Positions 22,206 to 33,257 of a stretch of 64,000 bases of DNA are shown piece by piece. Both the position numbers and the translations under genes were made by a program. Below the pieces are notes generated by a model. It saw nothing but the letters and a program-made list of their open reading frames with translations, ran no database searches and was not told where the DNA came from. Position 1 is the stretch's first letter. Every line of letters starts with the position of its first letter. Source of the stretch: Atribacterota bacterium (lineage in GTDB: Bacteria > Atribacterota > Phoenicimicrobiia > Phoenicimicrobiales > Stramentimicrobiaceae); the NCBI GenBank assembly GCA_028717805.1, contig JAQUNC010000005.1, positions 1,238 through 65,237 on the forward strand, read 5' to 3'.

Positions 22206-23672
22206 ATGGAACAAAATCTGTTTATAGAGCAGAAACAGACTTTGCAGCTCTCACCTCAAATGTACCAATCTATCAGAATATTACAGATGAATATAATTGA
22301 ATTAAACCGGTGGCTGGAAAAGGAATCCCAGGAAAATCCGGTTTTGGAAGTAGATTTTAACCAAGTTTCTTATCCAGAGCAAGATGTAGCAACAAAAATC
22401 CATAACAATGATAATAATTGGCCAGATGACAGAGCTTTGTTAGATTACTTTTCCAGCTGGAAAGGTTCAAGAAATAATAACAATATGCCCACTATAGTGC
22501 AAGAGCAAGAAATAAAAGAGCAGAATGCGGTTTTAAATAAAATACCTTTAGCAGAGCATCTCTTACTGCATTTTAGAATAATGGCTAGAGATGAACTTGA
22601 ATTTAAAATTGGTGAGTATCTAATTGGTAATATTAATTATAATGGTTACTTAGTGATTAGTTGTAAGGAAGCAGCGCAAGATTTAAATATACCAGACAAA
22701 AGGGTAAGGCAGGTTCTGGCTATAATTCAAAATTGTTCTATACCGGGATTGGGAGCTAGAAATTTGAAGGAATGTTTGCTACTTCAATTAAAGCATCTAA
22801 GATTACCCGAAAAAGAGCTTCTCAAGAAATTAATATTGTTTTATCTGGAAGATTTATCAAGGAAAGAATTTAAGGATATCTGTCGCAAAATGGACCTGTC
22901 ATATTCTGAAATACAACATTTGTTAGATGTTTTAAGGAAGAATTTTGATCCAAAACCAGGTAGGGTTTTTTCTCGAGACAATGAAATATATTTTTTAATA
23001 CCTGATATTATTATAAGAAAAATTAATAACCAATATGAAATTTTTGAGAATAAAAATATTTTTACAGATATAAGAATTAATTCTATTTATGAGAAGATGT
23101 TGTTAGAATATAAACAAGCTGAAAAAATTAAAAGAAAAGAACCATTTTCTCAGGAAAAATTGAGTGAATCTCAAAAAACTCTGGAATACTTAAGAAAGAA
23201 AATAAGCTCTGCGCGTTGGATTTTAAGATGTTTAGAACAAAAAAGAAATACTATTGATAATATAACCAGATTTATAATAAACTATCAGCAAGATTTTCTG
23301 GAAAAAGGAGTAACTCATCTGAAACCATTATCTTTAGAAAAGACTGCCGCAGCTCTGGGTTTAAATAAATCTACCGTTTCCAGAGCTATTAAGTCTAAAA
23401 AGATTCAGCTACCCAGGGGTATTTATGATATGAAATATTTCTTTTCTAAAGGTTTAGTTCAGGATAATGCAGAGAAAATCTCTAACGAAAAAATTAAAAA
23501 TTTAATTAGAAGATATGTTGAAGAAGAAGATATTTTTCAGCCCTATTCTGATCAAAAACTAACTGAAGTATTACAAGAAAGAGAAAGGATAAAGGTGGCG
23601 CGAAGAACGGTAGCCAAGTATCGCAAATTAATGGATATACCTTCGGCAAAAATACGTAGAAGATATAGATAA
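22206..23672 (+). CDS. rpoN: RNA polymerase sigma-54 factor
   Basis: N-terminal region I (LQLSPQMYQSIRILQM), a core-binding domain and the C-terminal RpoN box ARRTVAKYR with HTH. Confidence 0.93.
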   Translation: MEQNLFIEQKQTLQLSPQMYQSIRILQMNIIELNRWLEKESQENPVLEVDFNQVSYPEQDVATKIHNNDNNWPDDRALLDYFSSWKGSRNNNNMPTIVQEQEIKEQNAVLNKIPLAEHLLLHFRIMARDELEFKIGEYLIGNINYNGYLVISCKEAAQDLNIPDKRVRQVLAIIQNCSIPGLGARNLKECLLLQLKHLRLPEKELLKKLILFYLEDLSRKEFKDICRKMDLSYSEIQHLLDVLRKNFDPKPGRVFSRDNEIYFLIPDIIIRKINNQYEIFENKNIFTDIRINSIYEKMLLEYKQAEKIKRKEPFSQEKLSESQKTLEYLRKKISSARWILRCLEQKRNTIDNITRFIINYQQDFLEKGVTHLKPLSLEKTAAALGLNKSTVSRAIKSKKIQLPRGIYDMKYFFSKGLVQDNAEKISNEKIKNLIRRYVEEEDIFQPYSDQKLTEVLQERERIKVARRTVAKYRKLMDIPSAKIRRRYR

Positions 23673-23678
23673 AAATAG

Positions 23679-24716
<1,038 letters not shown>

Positions 24717-24841
24717 TATTAAGTCATTAAGATTATATAGATAACCTAATATAACATAAAAATCACATGAAAAATAGAATGTGAATTCATAGCCTCACCT
24801 TAGAGGTGGGGCTATGAATAATTTGAGCAGGAGGATTTTAA

Positions 24842-25597
24842 ATGCGCAAACCCTTGATTATTGGCAATTGGAAAATGAATAAGACAGTTACTGAAAGTAT
24901 TGCCTTAATAAAAGAATTGATAGGTTTTGTAAAGGATTATCAGGAAGCAGAGGTGGTTATATGTCCACCATTTACTTCCTTATGGACTGCCAGAGAATTG
25001 ATTCAGGATACCAATATTATTTTGGGAGCTCAGAATGTCTATTTTCAGAATGAAGGAGCCTATACCGGGGAGATATCTGCCAGAATGTTACAAAATATTG
25101 GCTGTAGCTATGTTATACTTGGTCATTCAGAAAGAAGGGAGTATTTTCAGGAAAGTTCACTGGAAGTTGCTAGAAAGGTTGAGCAAGTTCTTAATTTTGG
25201 AATTAAACCGATTATCTGTGTTGGAGAAAAATTGGCAGAGAGGGAAACAGGAAAAGCACAGGATGTAGTTAGAGAAGAAATAGAAGCCATCTTTGCTATA
25301 TTGAAGTCAGAAGAGGCTATAAATATTGTATTTGCTTATGAACCTATTTGGGCTATTGGCACTGGTAAATCGGCAACTCCGCAGGATGCCAGTGAAATGA
25401 TTCAATATATTCGTACATTATTGGATAATAAATATAGTAAAATAATTGCTCAACAAATCAGGATTTTATATGGAGGGAGTGTTAATCCGGAGAATATAAA
25501 ACCACTGATGGCTGAATTCGAAATTGATGGTGCACTGGTTGGTGGAGCAAGCTTGCAGGCTCAAACATTTTCTAGGTTAGTAAAATATCAAGAGTGA
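24842..25597 (+). CDS. tpiA: Triosephosphate isomerase
   Basis: IIGNWKMNKT, GHSERR and AYEPIWAIGTG signatures. Confidence 0.96.
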   Translation: MRKPLIIGNWKMNKTVTESIALIKELIGFVKDYQEAEVVICPPFTSLWTARELIQDTNIILGAQNVYFQNEGAYTGEISARMLQNIGCSYVILGHSERREYFQESSLEVARKVEQVLNFGIKPIICVGEKLAERETGKAQDVVREEIEAIFAILKSEEAINIVFAYEPIWAIGTGKSATPQDASEMIQYIRTLLDNKYSKIIAQQIRILYGGSVNPENIKPLMAEFEIDGALVGGASLQAQTFSRLVKYQE

Positions 25598-25754
25598 AAG
25601 TTTAACCCATTCTTTTAAAATTAATTACCTAACCAACTTGATGCAATGGTGTAAATATGTTATTATTCATAAGCATATCAGTGATTTCATTTGTGAATTT
25701 ATGATTTCAACAGATAAAATTACTTAGTAGTATAAAAAAAGGAGACAATTAACA

Positions 25755-25979
25755 ATGCCTACATGGCTCATGTTGATTCAAATCATTATTAGTATAATAC
25801 TTATTGGCGTAGTGTTATTCCAAACCAGAAAGGCAAGTTCGGGGGGTGGCATCTTTGGCGGAGGTACCTTTGCTGATCATAGAGGCAGAAAAGGGAAAGA
25901 ACTACTTTTACTCAAATTAACAACAGCCATAGCAGTTTTGTTTATGATATCTTCTATCATGATTAGTATTTATAAATAA
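25755..25979 (+). CDS. secG: Preprotein translocase subunit SecG
   Basis: 74 aa with two TM helices separated by a Gly-rich loop (SSGGGIFGGG). Confidence 0.85.
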   Translation: MPTWLMLIQIIISIILIGVVLFQTRKASSGGGIFGGGTFADHRGRKGKELLLLKLTTAIAVLFMISSIMISIYK

Positions 25980-26001
25980 ATTAGTTGGAAAAAGGAAATA
26001 G

Positions 26002-27045
26002 ATGGTTGCAAATAAGAAAATGTATACCACTGACGAAATAAAGCATTATCAAGTTGAACCTGACCGAAGATTATTTTCTGCTAATCATGAAGAAATTGAA
26101 AGAGGATTAACTACTGATATTTATTTTATTAGAGCAATAGAGGTCCTTAATTTCTTGAAACTGGATGCTACAGAGGTTACTGCAGAAATATTTGCCAGGC
26201 GAGCAGGAATTTTTGCTGGTGTGCAGGAAGCATATAATTTGCTCAAAGATAAAAAGATCAAACTTTGGTCACTACAAGAAGGGAATTCATTTCAACCCAA
26301 AGAAACAGTAATGAGAATCCAGGGTCCCTATAATGAATTTGGAGTTTATGAAACAATAATATTAGGGATATTAGCCAGCAGTTCTGCCTGGGCAACTGCA
26401 GCACGGGAATGCTGTGAGGTCGCAAATGGTAAAAAAATTATCTGTTTTGGCTCGCGGCATATTCATCCAGCTGTTGCTCCTGTTATGGAAAGAGCAGCAC
26501 TTATTGGAGGAGTGGATGGAGCAAGTTGTGTACTGGGAGCAAAATTGATGGGGCAAGAACCCCAAGGTACTATTCCACATACTGTAATAATAATTACCGG
26601 GGATACAGTGAAAGCAGCAAAAGCTTATCATGAGTGTTTTTCTCCGGATATACCCAGAGTAATTTTGATAGATACCTTCAAAGATGAGGCTGAAGAATCA
26701 ATTAGGGTTGCTAATGCTTTGGGCAAGAGCCTTCTGGGTGTCCGTCTTGACACTCCAAGTGAAAGAGGAGGGGTATCCCCTGATTTGGTTAAAGAGGTAC
26801 GAGCACGATTAGATCAGGCAGGATATGCTCATGTTAAGATTTTTGTTTCAGGAGGAGTAACACCAGAGAGAATTGTTTTATTAAGCAAGGAAGCTGTTGA
26901 TGCCTTTGGAGTGGGTAGTTACATTAGCGATGCCTCACCCATTGATATGACTCTTGATATTAAGGAAGTTGAAGGGAAGCCTATTGCCAAAAGAGGGCGG
27001 ATACCTGGTAAAATTGAAAACAAGAATTTAGTTCAATTAATTTAG
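26002..27045 (+). CDS. Nicotinate phosphoribosyltransferase, archaeal-type (class II short form)
   Basis: 347 aa. The stretches I remember as conserved in Thermoplasma/Pyrococcus-type NAPRTases are present (DIYFIRA, GTIPHTVIIITGD, VSGGVT, GKPIAKRG). Confidence 0.75.
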   Translation: MVANKKMYTTDEIKHYQVEPDRRLFSANHEEIERGLTTDIYFIRAIEVLNFLKLDATEVTAEIFARRAGIFAGVQEAYNLLKDKKIKLWSLQEGNSFQPKETVMRIQGPYNEFGVYETIILGILASSSAWATAARECCEVANGKKIICFGSRHIHPAVAPVMERAALIGGVDGASCVLGAKLMGQEPQGTIPHTVIIITGDTVKAAKAYHECFSPDIPRVILIDTFKDEAEESIRVANALGKSLLGVRLDTPSERGGVSPDLVKEVRARLDQAGYAHVKIFVSGGVTPERIVLLSKEAVDAFGVGSYISDASPIDMTLDIKEVEGKPIAKRGRIPGKIENKNLVQLI

Positions 27046-27305
27046 ATATAGTAGTAAGCGTTAGCAGTAATGTTATCAGTTTTTAGTTTTTTGTTTTTGT
27101 CTAAAACTTAAATTACCAAAATAGTTTTATATTTATTTTATTATATTTAAGAATAAATTAGTATTATTACAATTAATATTTGTTTTTAGATTAAACAATG
27201 AGTAAGTTGTTTAATTAATGCCAAGCCAATTTTTAATTAGAATAAATTCAATAAATATCTATTCAACTATTAACTAAAAACTGTAAACCAAAAAATTCTT
27301 TTATT

Positions 27306-27393
27306 GCCGGGATGGCGGAATAGGTAGACGCGCCAGCTTGAGGGGCTGGTAGGCATATTGCTTGTGGGGGTTCAAATCCCCCTCCCGGCACCA
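27306..27393 (+). tRNA. tRNA-Leu (anticodon GAG)
   Basis: GCCGGGA-TG-GCGGAATAGGTAGACGC, anticodon stem-loop CCAGC-TTGAGGG-GCTGG, long variable arm, T-arm GGGGGTTCAAATCCCCC, CCA encoded. Confidence 0.8.
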
Positions 27394-27836
27394 TAGATTC
27401 TATTTTAAGAGAAATTAAAATTTTATTTATAATGATAGTTAGGAAGGGGACATTGGTGCCCTTTTTATTTTTTGTTTTACTATTTAAAGATTAAGATAGA
27501 TAAGGTCAAAATTTTTACTGGAAGGAAGTAAGAAGAAAGAGAAAATAATGACTGAAGAGATGCGGTATAAGATAGACAGAAATCAAGAGAAAAAGAGAAT
27601 AAAAAATTTTGCTAAAGAAATTGCATCATCCAGTAAAAATGTGCTATACTTTTGCCAGTGTTTTGTAAAATAGAAATGAATCTTAAATTTGTAAGAAAGA
27701 TATATTTTGGTAAGTTCTTTAACAAATCTATTTTGGTAATAAAAAATAGCAAAACAACAATAAATCAAAGATTTTATTGATAAACCTTACCCATTATAGT
27801 CAATCAATAAATACAGACCTATAGCGAGGTGATGTA

Positions 27837-28346
27837 ATGATAAGTTTTATTATCACTTTTATTTTGAGTTTTTTCGCTTATCTATTTTTAACTGCCAGTC
27901 AAGGAGAAGTTTTAGGATTATGGAGTCAAAATGAAATAATAGCCGCCCTAATTGTTGGTCTCATTGTAACTATTATCTCTGCCAGAGTATTATTTCAGAA
28001 AAAACGTTACCACCTTTTAAACCCATTAAAATGGGTTATTTTTTTGTTTTATCTGGTTGGCCCCTTTTTTTATGCTATGGCCAAAGCAAATATTGATGTT
28101 GCTTACCGCGTAATTACAGGTAAAATCAACCCGGGAATTGTAAAAATATCACCCAAATTAAAGAGCGATGCTGCCATAACCTTACTGGCAAACTCTATTA
28201 CCCTTACTCCTGGAACACTAAGTGTGGATATAGATGAAAAGAATAATGATCTTTATATCCATTGGATTAATGTTACTAATTTGAAACCTTCTATTGAAGA
28301 TATTTGTGGTACTTTTTCCGAATGGGCGAGGAGGATAGCAGAATGA
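27837..28346 (+). CDS. Mbh/Mrp-type membrane subunit, MrpE/MnhE-like (MbhA)
   Basis: 169 aa with 2-3 TM helices and MnhE-like architecture. First gene of the 14-gene Mbh cluster. Confidence 0.7.
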   Translation: MISFIITFILSFFAYLFLTASQGEVLGLWSQNEIIAALIVGLIVTIISARVLFQKKRYHLLNPLKWVIFLFYLVGPFFYAMAKANIDVAYRVITGKINPGIVKISPKLKSDAAITLLANSITLTPGTLSVDIDEKNNDLYIHWINVTNLKPSIEDICGTFSEWARRIAE

Positions 28347-28618
28347 CTCAATTATTGAACTATTTTTTAATTACAGGAGTATTATTAACAGTATTTATTC
28401 TAATATCTCTGTTTCGTTTGATTTCCGGTCCCACTGTACCTGATCGTGTTGTAGCTATGGATACCATTAATACTTTAATTGTAGCAGGAATGATTCTCTT
28501 TGGTGCAGCCTTTGAAGAAATTATTTATATCGATGTGGCAATAGTATATGCCTTATTATCATATATTGCTACTCTGTATATTGCTAAATATCTTGAGAGG
28601 AGGGCAAAAGATAAGTGA
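28304..28618 (+). CDS. MrpF/MnhF-like subunit (MbhB)
   Basis: The probable start at 28343 ([15 protein letters not shown]) overlaps the previous stop in an ATGA. Small 3-TM protein. Confidence 0.75.
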   Translation: MWYFFRMGEEDSRMTQLLNYFLITGVLLTVFILISLFRLISGPTVPDRVVAMDTINTLIVAGMILFGAAFEEIIYIDVAIVYALLSYIATLYIAKYLERRAKDK

Positions 28619-28977
28619 CCATTTTATCGATTATTTTATTTTTATTTTTATTAATAGGAATATTTTTCAATGGATTGGGATCCATTGGTTTAATGAGATT
28701 TCCTGATGTTTACACCAGATTGCATGCTGCTACAAAATGCACTACGTTTGGTTCTATATTCACATCATTGTCTGTTATCATTTTTGGTTTTTATTTTTGG
28801 AAAGCCAACGGTGATTCTAAATTCGGAGTTCTGGCATTGCATACCATCATAGCTTTGGTTTGTTTGATTATAACCAATCCTACTGGAGCTCATGCTATTG
28901 CTCGGGCAGCTTACCGCAGTGGAGTGATGCCTAAACAGGCAGTGATTGATCAATTAAAGGAGGCAAAGCTGAAATGA
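28615..28977 (+). CDS. MrpG/MnhG-like subunit (MbhC)
   Basis: MnhG signature region GLMRFPDVYTRLHAATK. Confidence 0.8.
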   Translation: MTILSIILFLFLLIGIFFNGLGSIGLMRFPDVYTRLHAATKCTTFGSIFTSLSVIIFGFYFWKANGDSKFGVLALHTIIALVCLIITNPTGAHAIARAAYRSGVMPKQAVIDQLKEAKLK

Positions 28978-29216
28978 GCCCATTAGTAAGTATTGCTCAT
29001 ATTGCTGTACTGGTTGTTATGATTATTGCATCAATTTTAGCTGTAGTACTAAGGGATTTATTACCTTCAGTTATTGCCCTGGCTGCAGCCAGTTTACTTT
29101 TGTCCTTAGAATTTTATCTTCTGCATGCTCCTGATGTAGCAATAGCAGAAGCAGGAATTGGGGCAGCTTTGACTATGGCAATTTATATTTTTGCCATCAG
29201 GGCAACGAAGAAGTAA
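28974..29216 (+). CDS. MnhB N-terminal-domain-like small membrane protein (DUF4040; MbhD)
   Basis: 80 aa with 2 TM helices, in the expected position of MbhD. Confidence 0.6.
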   Translation: MSPLVSIAHIAVLVVMIIASILAVVLRDLLPSVIALAAASLLLSLEFYLLHAPDVAIAEAGIGAALTMAIYIFAIRATKK

Positions 29217-29227
29217 GAGGTGAGATT

Positions 29228-29494
29228 ATGAAAAAATCAATATTTGGTATTGCTTTTATATTATTTGTAGCTTTTATGATTCTAGCTGCCTTTGGTATGA
29301 GACCTTTTGGGGAGCCAGCTTTTAGTGAAATGGATGACTATTATATAGAAAATGCTCAGGCTGAAACAGGAGCTAATAATGTAGTAACTACCATAGTTTT
29401 TGATTACCGTGGTTTTGATACCCTGGGAGAAGCAACTGTTTTATTTACTGCAGTGGTAGGTATTGTGGCATTATTTAGGGAGGTGGCAAAATGA
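29228..29494 (+). CDS. MnhB-related small membrane protein (MbhE)
   Basis: 88 aa with TM helices at both ends, in the expected position of MbhE. Confidence 0.6.
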   Translation: MKKSIFGIAFILFVAFMILAAFGMRPFGEPAFSEMDDYYIENAQAETGANNVVTTIVFDYRGFDTLGEATVLFTAVVGIVALFREVAK

Positions 29495-29970
29495 GAGAAG
29501 AAATGTCTCGTATTGTTAGAACCATAACTAATTTGATTTATGGTTTTATCGCTGTTTATGGATTTTATGTCATAATACATGGTCATCTCACTCCTGGAGG
29601 AGGTTTTCAGGGAGGAGCGATTGTAGCTTCAGCCTTTGCTTTATTGTTAGTAACTTATGGCAATAAAAATACTCAAAGCTTTTTAGCAAAAGATATTCTT
29701 TCTTTGCTGGAAAGCACCGGATTGGTTCTTTTTATTACATTTGCATTTTTTGGATTAGGTGCAACTTTTTTTTATAATTTTCTTTCCAACAGTGGCGGAT
29801 TATTCGGTTCACCAGCTACAATCGGTGTCAATCCAGGTGATCTAAATACAGGTGGTACTATAACGCTGATGAATATGGCAGTGGGTTTAGAAGTGCTGGC
29901 AGCATTAGGAGTAATTGTTCTTACCATGTCTGTTGCCGCTGAAACTATACAGAAGAAGGAGAAGCCGTGA
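29491..29970 (+). CDS. MrpB/MnhB-domain subunit (MbhF)
   Basis: GGGFQGGAIVASAFALL is a MnhB signature. Confidence 0.7.
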   Translation: MREEMSRIVRTITNLIYGFIAVYGFYVIIHGHLTPGGGFQGGAIVASAFALLLVTYGNKNTQSFLAKDILSLLESTGLVLFITFAFFGLGATFFYNFLSNSGGLFGSPATIGVNPGDLNTGGTITLMNMAVGLEVLAALGVIVLTMSVAAETIQKKEKP

Positions 29971-30319
29971 TATGATTGGAAATTTTCCCTTTGTTGCAGT
30001 GGTAATTTTGATTGGATTAGGAATCTATACCCTGATTTTTAAGAAAAATCTAATTAAGATTGCCATCGGAATAACACTAATTGAAAATGGTACCAATTTA
30101 TTTTTAATTACTTTAGGATACCGAAAGGGAGCCGTAGCGCCAATTTATACACAGGCGCCAGAAGGAGTCAAAATGGTTCTTCCTACACCTCAAGCTTTAA
30201 CCTTGACCAGTATTGTTATAGGAGTTGCTACAACTGCTTTGATTCTTTCTATTGCCATGATTCTTTACCAAAAATATGGTACATTAAATACAGATGAAAT
30301 AAGGAGGTTAAGAGGATGA
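29915..30319 (+). CDS. MrpC/NuoK-like subunit (MbhG)
   Basis: Probable start at 29972 (MIGNFPFVAVVILIGLGIY). 3-TM NuoK/MnhC family. Confidence 0.8.
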   Translation: MFLPCLLPLKLYRRRRSRDMIGNFPFVAVVILIGLGIYTLIFKKNLIKIAIGITLIENGTNLFLITLGYRKGAVAPIYTQAPEGVKMVLPTPQALTLTSIVIGVATTALILSIAMILYQKYGTLNTDEIRRLRG

Positions 30320-31884
30320 GCAGCATTTTGATGCATGCACCTGCTTTAGTAATTGCCTTGCCTCTATTAGCGGCTTTTATTACTCCTGTTATAGGTCGTT
30401 TTAATCGTAAAACAATAAGTTGGTTTGTATCCTTTATATTAGGACTAACGTTATTATTGATCATATTCATAGCTAATCAGGTCTTAACTAATGGTGCTTT
30501 GATTTATGTTTTTGGAGGAAGTGAGGCAGGTTTAACATTACCATCTGGATATACAGTACCCATCAGAATCATTTTCCATATTGACGGAATGGGAATATTT
30601 ATGGGATTGATAACAGCCGTTGTCTCTTTTTTAGCTGCTATTTATTCAATTTCTTTTATGGAACAACATAGTGGATTAGAAAAGTATTACACACTGTTAC
30701 TCTTATTGGCAACCGGGATGTTTGGTATGGAATTAACTGGAGATATTTTCAACTTTTTTGTTTTTTTGGAGATCGCTTCTATTGCTTCAGTAGCGCTGAT
30801 TTCCTTTCGGAGTACTCTTGCAGGTGAACCTGCTGAGGCAGGATTTAAATATATGGTAGTTAGTTCCATATCTGCCTTAATGGTACTATTTGCTATTGGA
30901 TTATTTTATGGTCAATATGATGTTTTGAACATGGCGACTATTGCCAGTGTTATGCAATTTACCCAACTTGATAAAATAGCTTTAATACTTTTAGTATCTG
31001 TTTTGGCAATGAAGGCAGGTTCAGTGCCAATGCATATGTGGACACCAGATGCTTATTCGGAAGCCCCGGCAGCGATTACTATGGTTCTGGTTGCTGCCAG
31101 TCAAGCTAGCCTTTATGCTCTTTTTAGAATTACATTTTCTCTCTATAATGTCACTTTAAATACAGTAACAGTTGGCTGGATTATTATTATTCTGGGTATA
31201 CTTTCTATGTTTATCGGTGTTACTATGGCTATTATTCAGAAGGATATTAAGCGTTTAATGGCTTATCACGCCATTTCTCAGACTGGTTATATGCTTTTAG
31301 GAGTGGGAGTAGGCCTGGCTGTTCTAGCAAATCCGGTAGCTTTAGAAAGTTTTGGAATAAAAGCAATGGAAGGTGGAATCTTTCATATTATGAACCATGC
31401 TATGTATAAAGGTTTATTATTTTTAACTGCTGGTGCCTTATTCTATAGGACAGGTACCAGAGATTTAAATAAGATGGGTGGTTTAGCTAATAACATGATG
31501 TATACTACTATCTTCTTTATAATCGGTGCAGCAGCTATTGCTGGAATACCACCCTTTAATGGTTTTGCCTCCAAGTTAATTATCTATGAGTCAGTCTATC
31601 AATTTAATCCTTTATTATCAATTATTGCTATGCTGGTTAGTATTTTAACCCTGGCTTCTTTTGTGAAAGTATTTCATAGTGCCTTTTTAGGTCCTAAACT
31701 GGAAAAATATAAGTCAGTACAGGAAGTTCCTAAAAGTATGGTAGTGGCAATGGCTACCTTAGCCTGCATCATTGTATTTTTTGGATTATTTCCCGATCTC
31801 ATCGTTAAACATATTGTTCATCCTGCAGTGATGGCTTTGATTAATCAGGCTCACTATACCGCAACAATATTGGGAGGAATATAG
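30316..31884 (+). CDS. MrpD/NuoL/M/N-family antiporter-like subunit (MbhH)
   Basis: 522 aa with ~14 TM helices and the NADH-ubiquinone oxidoreductase chain 5/MrpD-like core. Confidence 0.88.
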   Translation: MSSILMHAPALVIALPLLAAFITPVIGRFNRKTISWFVSFILGLTLLLIIFIANQVLTNGALIYVFGGSEAGLTLPSGYTVPIRIIFHIDGMGIFMGLITAVVSFLAAIYSISFMEQHSGLEKYYTLLLLLATGMFGMELTGDIFNFFVFLEIASIASVALISFRSTLAGEPAEAGFKYMVVSSISALMVLFAIGLFYGQYDVLNMATIASVMQFTQLDKIALILLVSVLAMKAGSVPMHMWTPDAYSEAPAAITMVLVAASQASLYALFRITFSLYNVTLNTVTVGWIIIILGILSMFIGVTMAIIQKDIKRLMAYHAISQTGYMLLGVGVGLAVLANPVALESFGIKAMEGGIFHIMNHAMYKGLLFLTAGALFYRTGTRDLNKMGGLANNMMYTTIFFIIGAAAIAGIPPFNGFASKLIIYESVYQFNPLLSIIAMLVSILTLASFVKVFHSAFLGPKLEKYKSVQEVPKSMVVAMATLACIIVFFGLFPDLIVKHIVHPAVMALINQAHYTATILGGI

Positions 31885-31885
31885 T

Positions 31886-32227
31886 ATGAATATTGGTTTA
31901 TTAGAAACAGGAAGTGGTTACTGGAATGCGATAATATGGGTCTTAGTTACTATTATAGTTGGAATTGGTGTTTTATGGCTAAGGAATAAAGGTGAAGGAA
32001 ACTATAAAAAAGATACCAATCAAACAAAACCTTTCCTTTCTGGCAATCCAGAAGTAAGTAAAGAAGACTCTCATGTCGGAGCAAGCCATATCTACTGGGG
32101 ATTCACTGAGGCTTTAAAGAATTATTATGAGCCCCTGATTAAACTACATACCGGGGACATTAATGATTATAGTGGATGGATTGTTTTAGTAATGGCTATT
32201 ATATTTATTATAGTTGGGGTGAGTTAG
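31886..32227 (+). CDS. Small membrane subunit (MbhI-like)
   Basis: 113 aa with TM helices at the N- and C-termini, in the position and size of Pyrococcus MbhI. Confidence 0.55.
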   Translation: MNIGLLETGSGYWNAIIWVLVTIIVGIGVLWLRNKGEGNYKKDTNQTKPFLSGNPEVSKEDSHVGASHIYWGFTEALKNYYEPLIKLHTGDINDYSGWIVLVMAIIFIIVGVS

Positions 32228-32231
32228 CACA

Positions 32232-32702
32232 ATGAAATTAGATAAGTATTTAGATCGTTCTTTATGGGTATTTCATTTAAATACAGGTTCTTGTAATGGT
32301 TGTGATATTGAAATTGTGGCTTTATTAACACCAAGATATGATGTGGAAAGATTTGGTATAAAACTGGTGGGAAGCCCAAAGCATGCCGATGTACTATTAG
32401 TGACTGGTCCTGTCAATAGAAAGATGCTACCAAGGTTGAAACTGATATATGAACAGACTCCCGATCCCAAAGCTGTTATTGTAGTTGGCACCTGTGGTAC
32501 AAGTGGCGGTGTATTTTATGATTCTTATAATATAGTGGGACCAGTGGACAAGCACATTCCCGTGGATGTATATGTACCTGGATGTCCAATAAGGCCAGAA
32601 GCAATAATTAATGGAGTCTTGAAAGCCTGGTTAAAATTAGAGAGATTAAGAGGCTCCTCTGGTGCAGAGATTGAAAAGAAAATAGAAGAGGTTAGTGCTT
32701 AA
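32232..32702 (+). CDS. Group-4 [NiFe] hydrogenase small subunit (NuoB-like; MbhJ)
   Basis: NuoB/HycG family with Cys ligands (SCNGCD...GTCGTSGG...PGCP). Confidence 0.9.
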   Translation: MKLDKYLDRSLWVFHLNTGSCNGCDIEIVALLTPRYDVERFGIKLVGSPKHADVLLVTGPVNRKMLPRLKLIYEQTPDPKAVIVVGTCGTSGGVFYDSYNIVGPVDKHIPVDVYVPGCPIRPEAIINGVLKAWLKLERLRGSSGAEIEKKIEEVSA

Positions 32703-32730
32703 AATAAAATGAGAAGGTTCAGGTGATAAT

Positions 32731-33246
32731 ATGGAATATTATAATGCCCAAGAGTTATTATCATTTTTAGAAGAAAATTTGAAAGAAAACATTTTAGAAA
32801 TTCGCCTTGAATCCAGAAAGGCAGGAATCAAGCAGGAAGAGTTTCATAATATCTGGTTAGAGGTGAAAAGAGAAAAATTCAGGGGTACTGTGAAGCTATT
32901 AATGAGTTTACAATATCCTCACATTGCTATTATTTCCGGTCATGATACCGGCGAAACCATTGAACTGGTTTATCTTTTTTCCCTCTTTTATGGAGAGAAA
33001 TTTAAAGAAATTTCAATTAATGTCAAGGTGAGATTAGAGAGAAAGAATCCAGCTATCGAGAGTATAACTGATTTAATTCCTGGAGCTCAAACAACAGAAA
33101 GGGAAATTAAAGAGATGTTGGGAGTAGAATTCATAGGACTTCCGGATATGCGAAATATCTTTTTACCATACGATTTCCCTAAAAATGTTTTTCCCTTCCG
33201 AAAAGATCAAAAAGGCTTGGACGAACTCGTTCCAAAGGAAAGTTGA
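32731..33246 (+). CDS. NuoC-like 30-kDa subunit (MbhK)
   Basis: Complex I 30-kDa family fold, 171 aa. Confidence 0.8.
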   Translation: MEYYNAQELLSFLEENLKENILEIRLESRKAGIKQEEFHNIWLEVKREKFRGTVKLLMSLQYPHIAIISGHDTGETIELVYLFSLFYGEKFKEISINVKVRLERKNPAIESITDLIPGAQTTEREIKEMLGVEFIGLPDMRNIFLPYDFPKNVFPFRKDQKGLDELVPKES

Positions 33247-33257
33247 GGTGATTATAG

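Noticed and set aside
25690-25715. Second Rex box upstream of secG (TTGTGAATTTATGATTTCAAC)
   Set aside because: Only the left half-site matches; the right half diverges from TTCACAA.
27583-27768. 61-aa minus-strand ORF in the Mbh upstream region
   Set aside because: No RBS and no domain; its composition is typical of an AT-rich intergenic spurious ORF.
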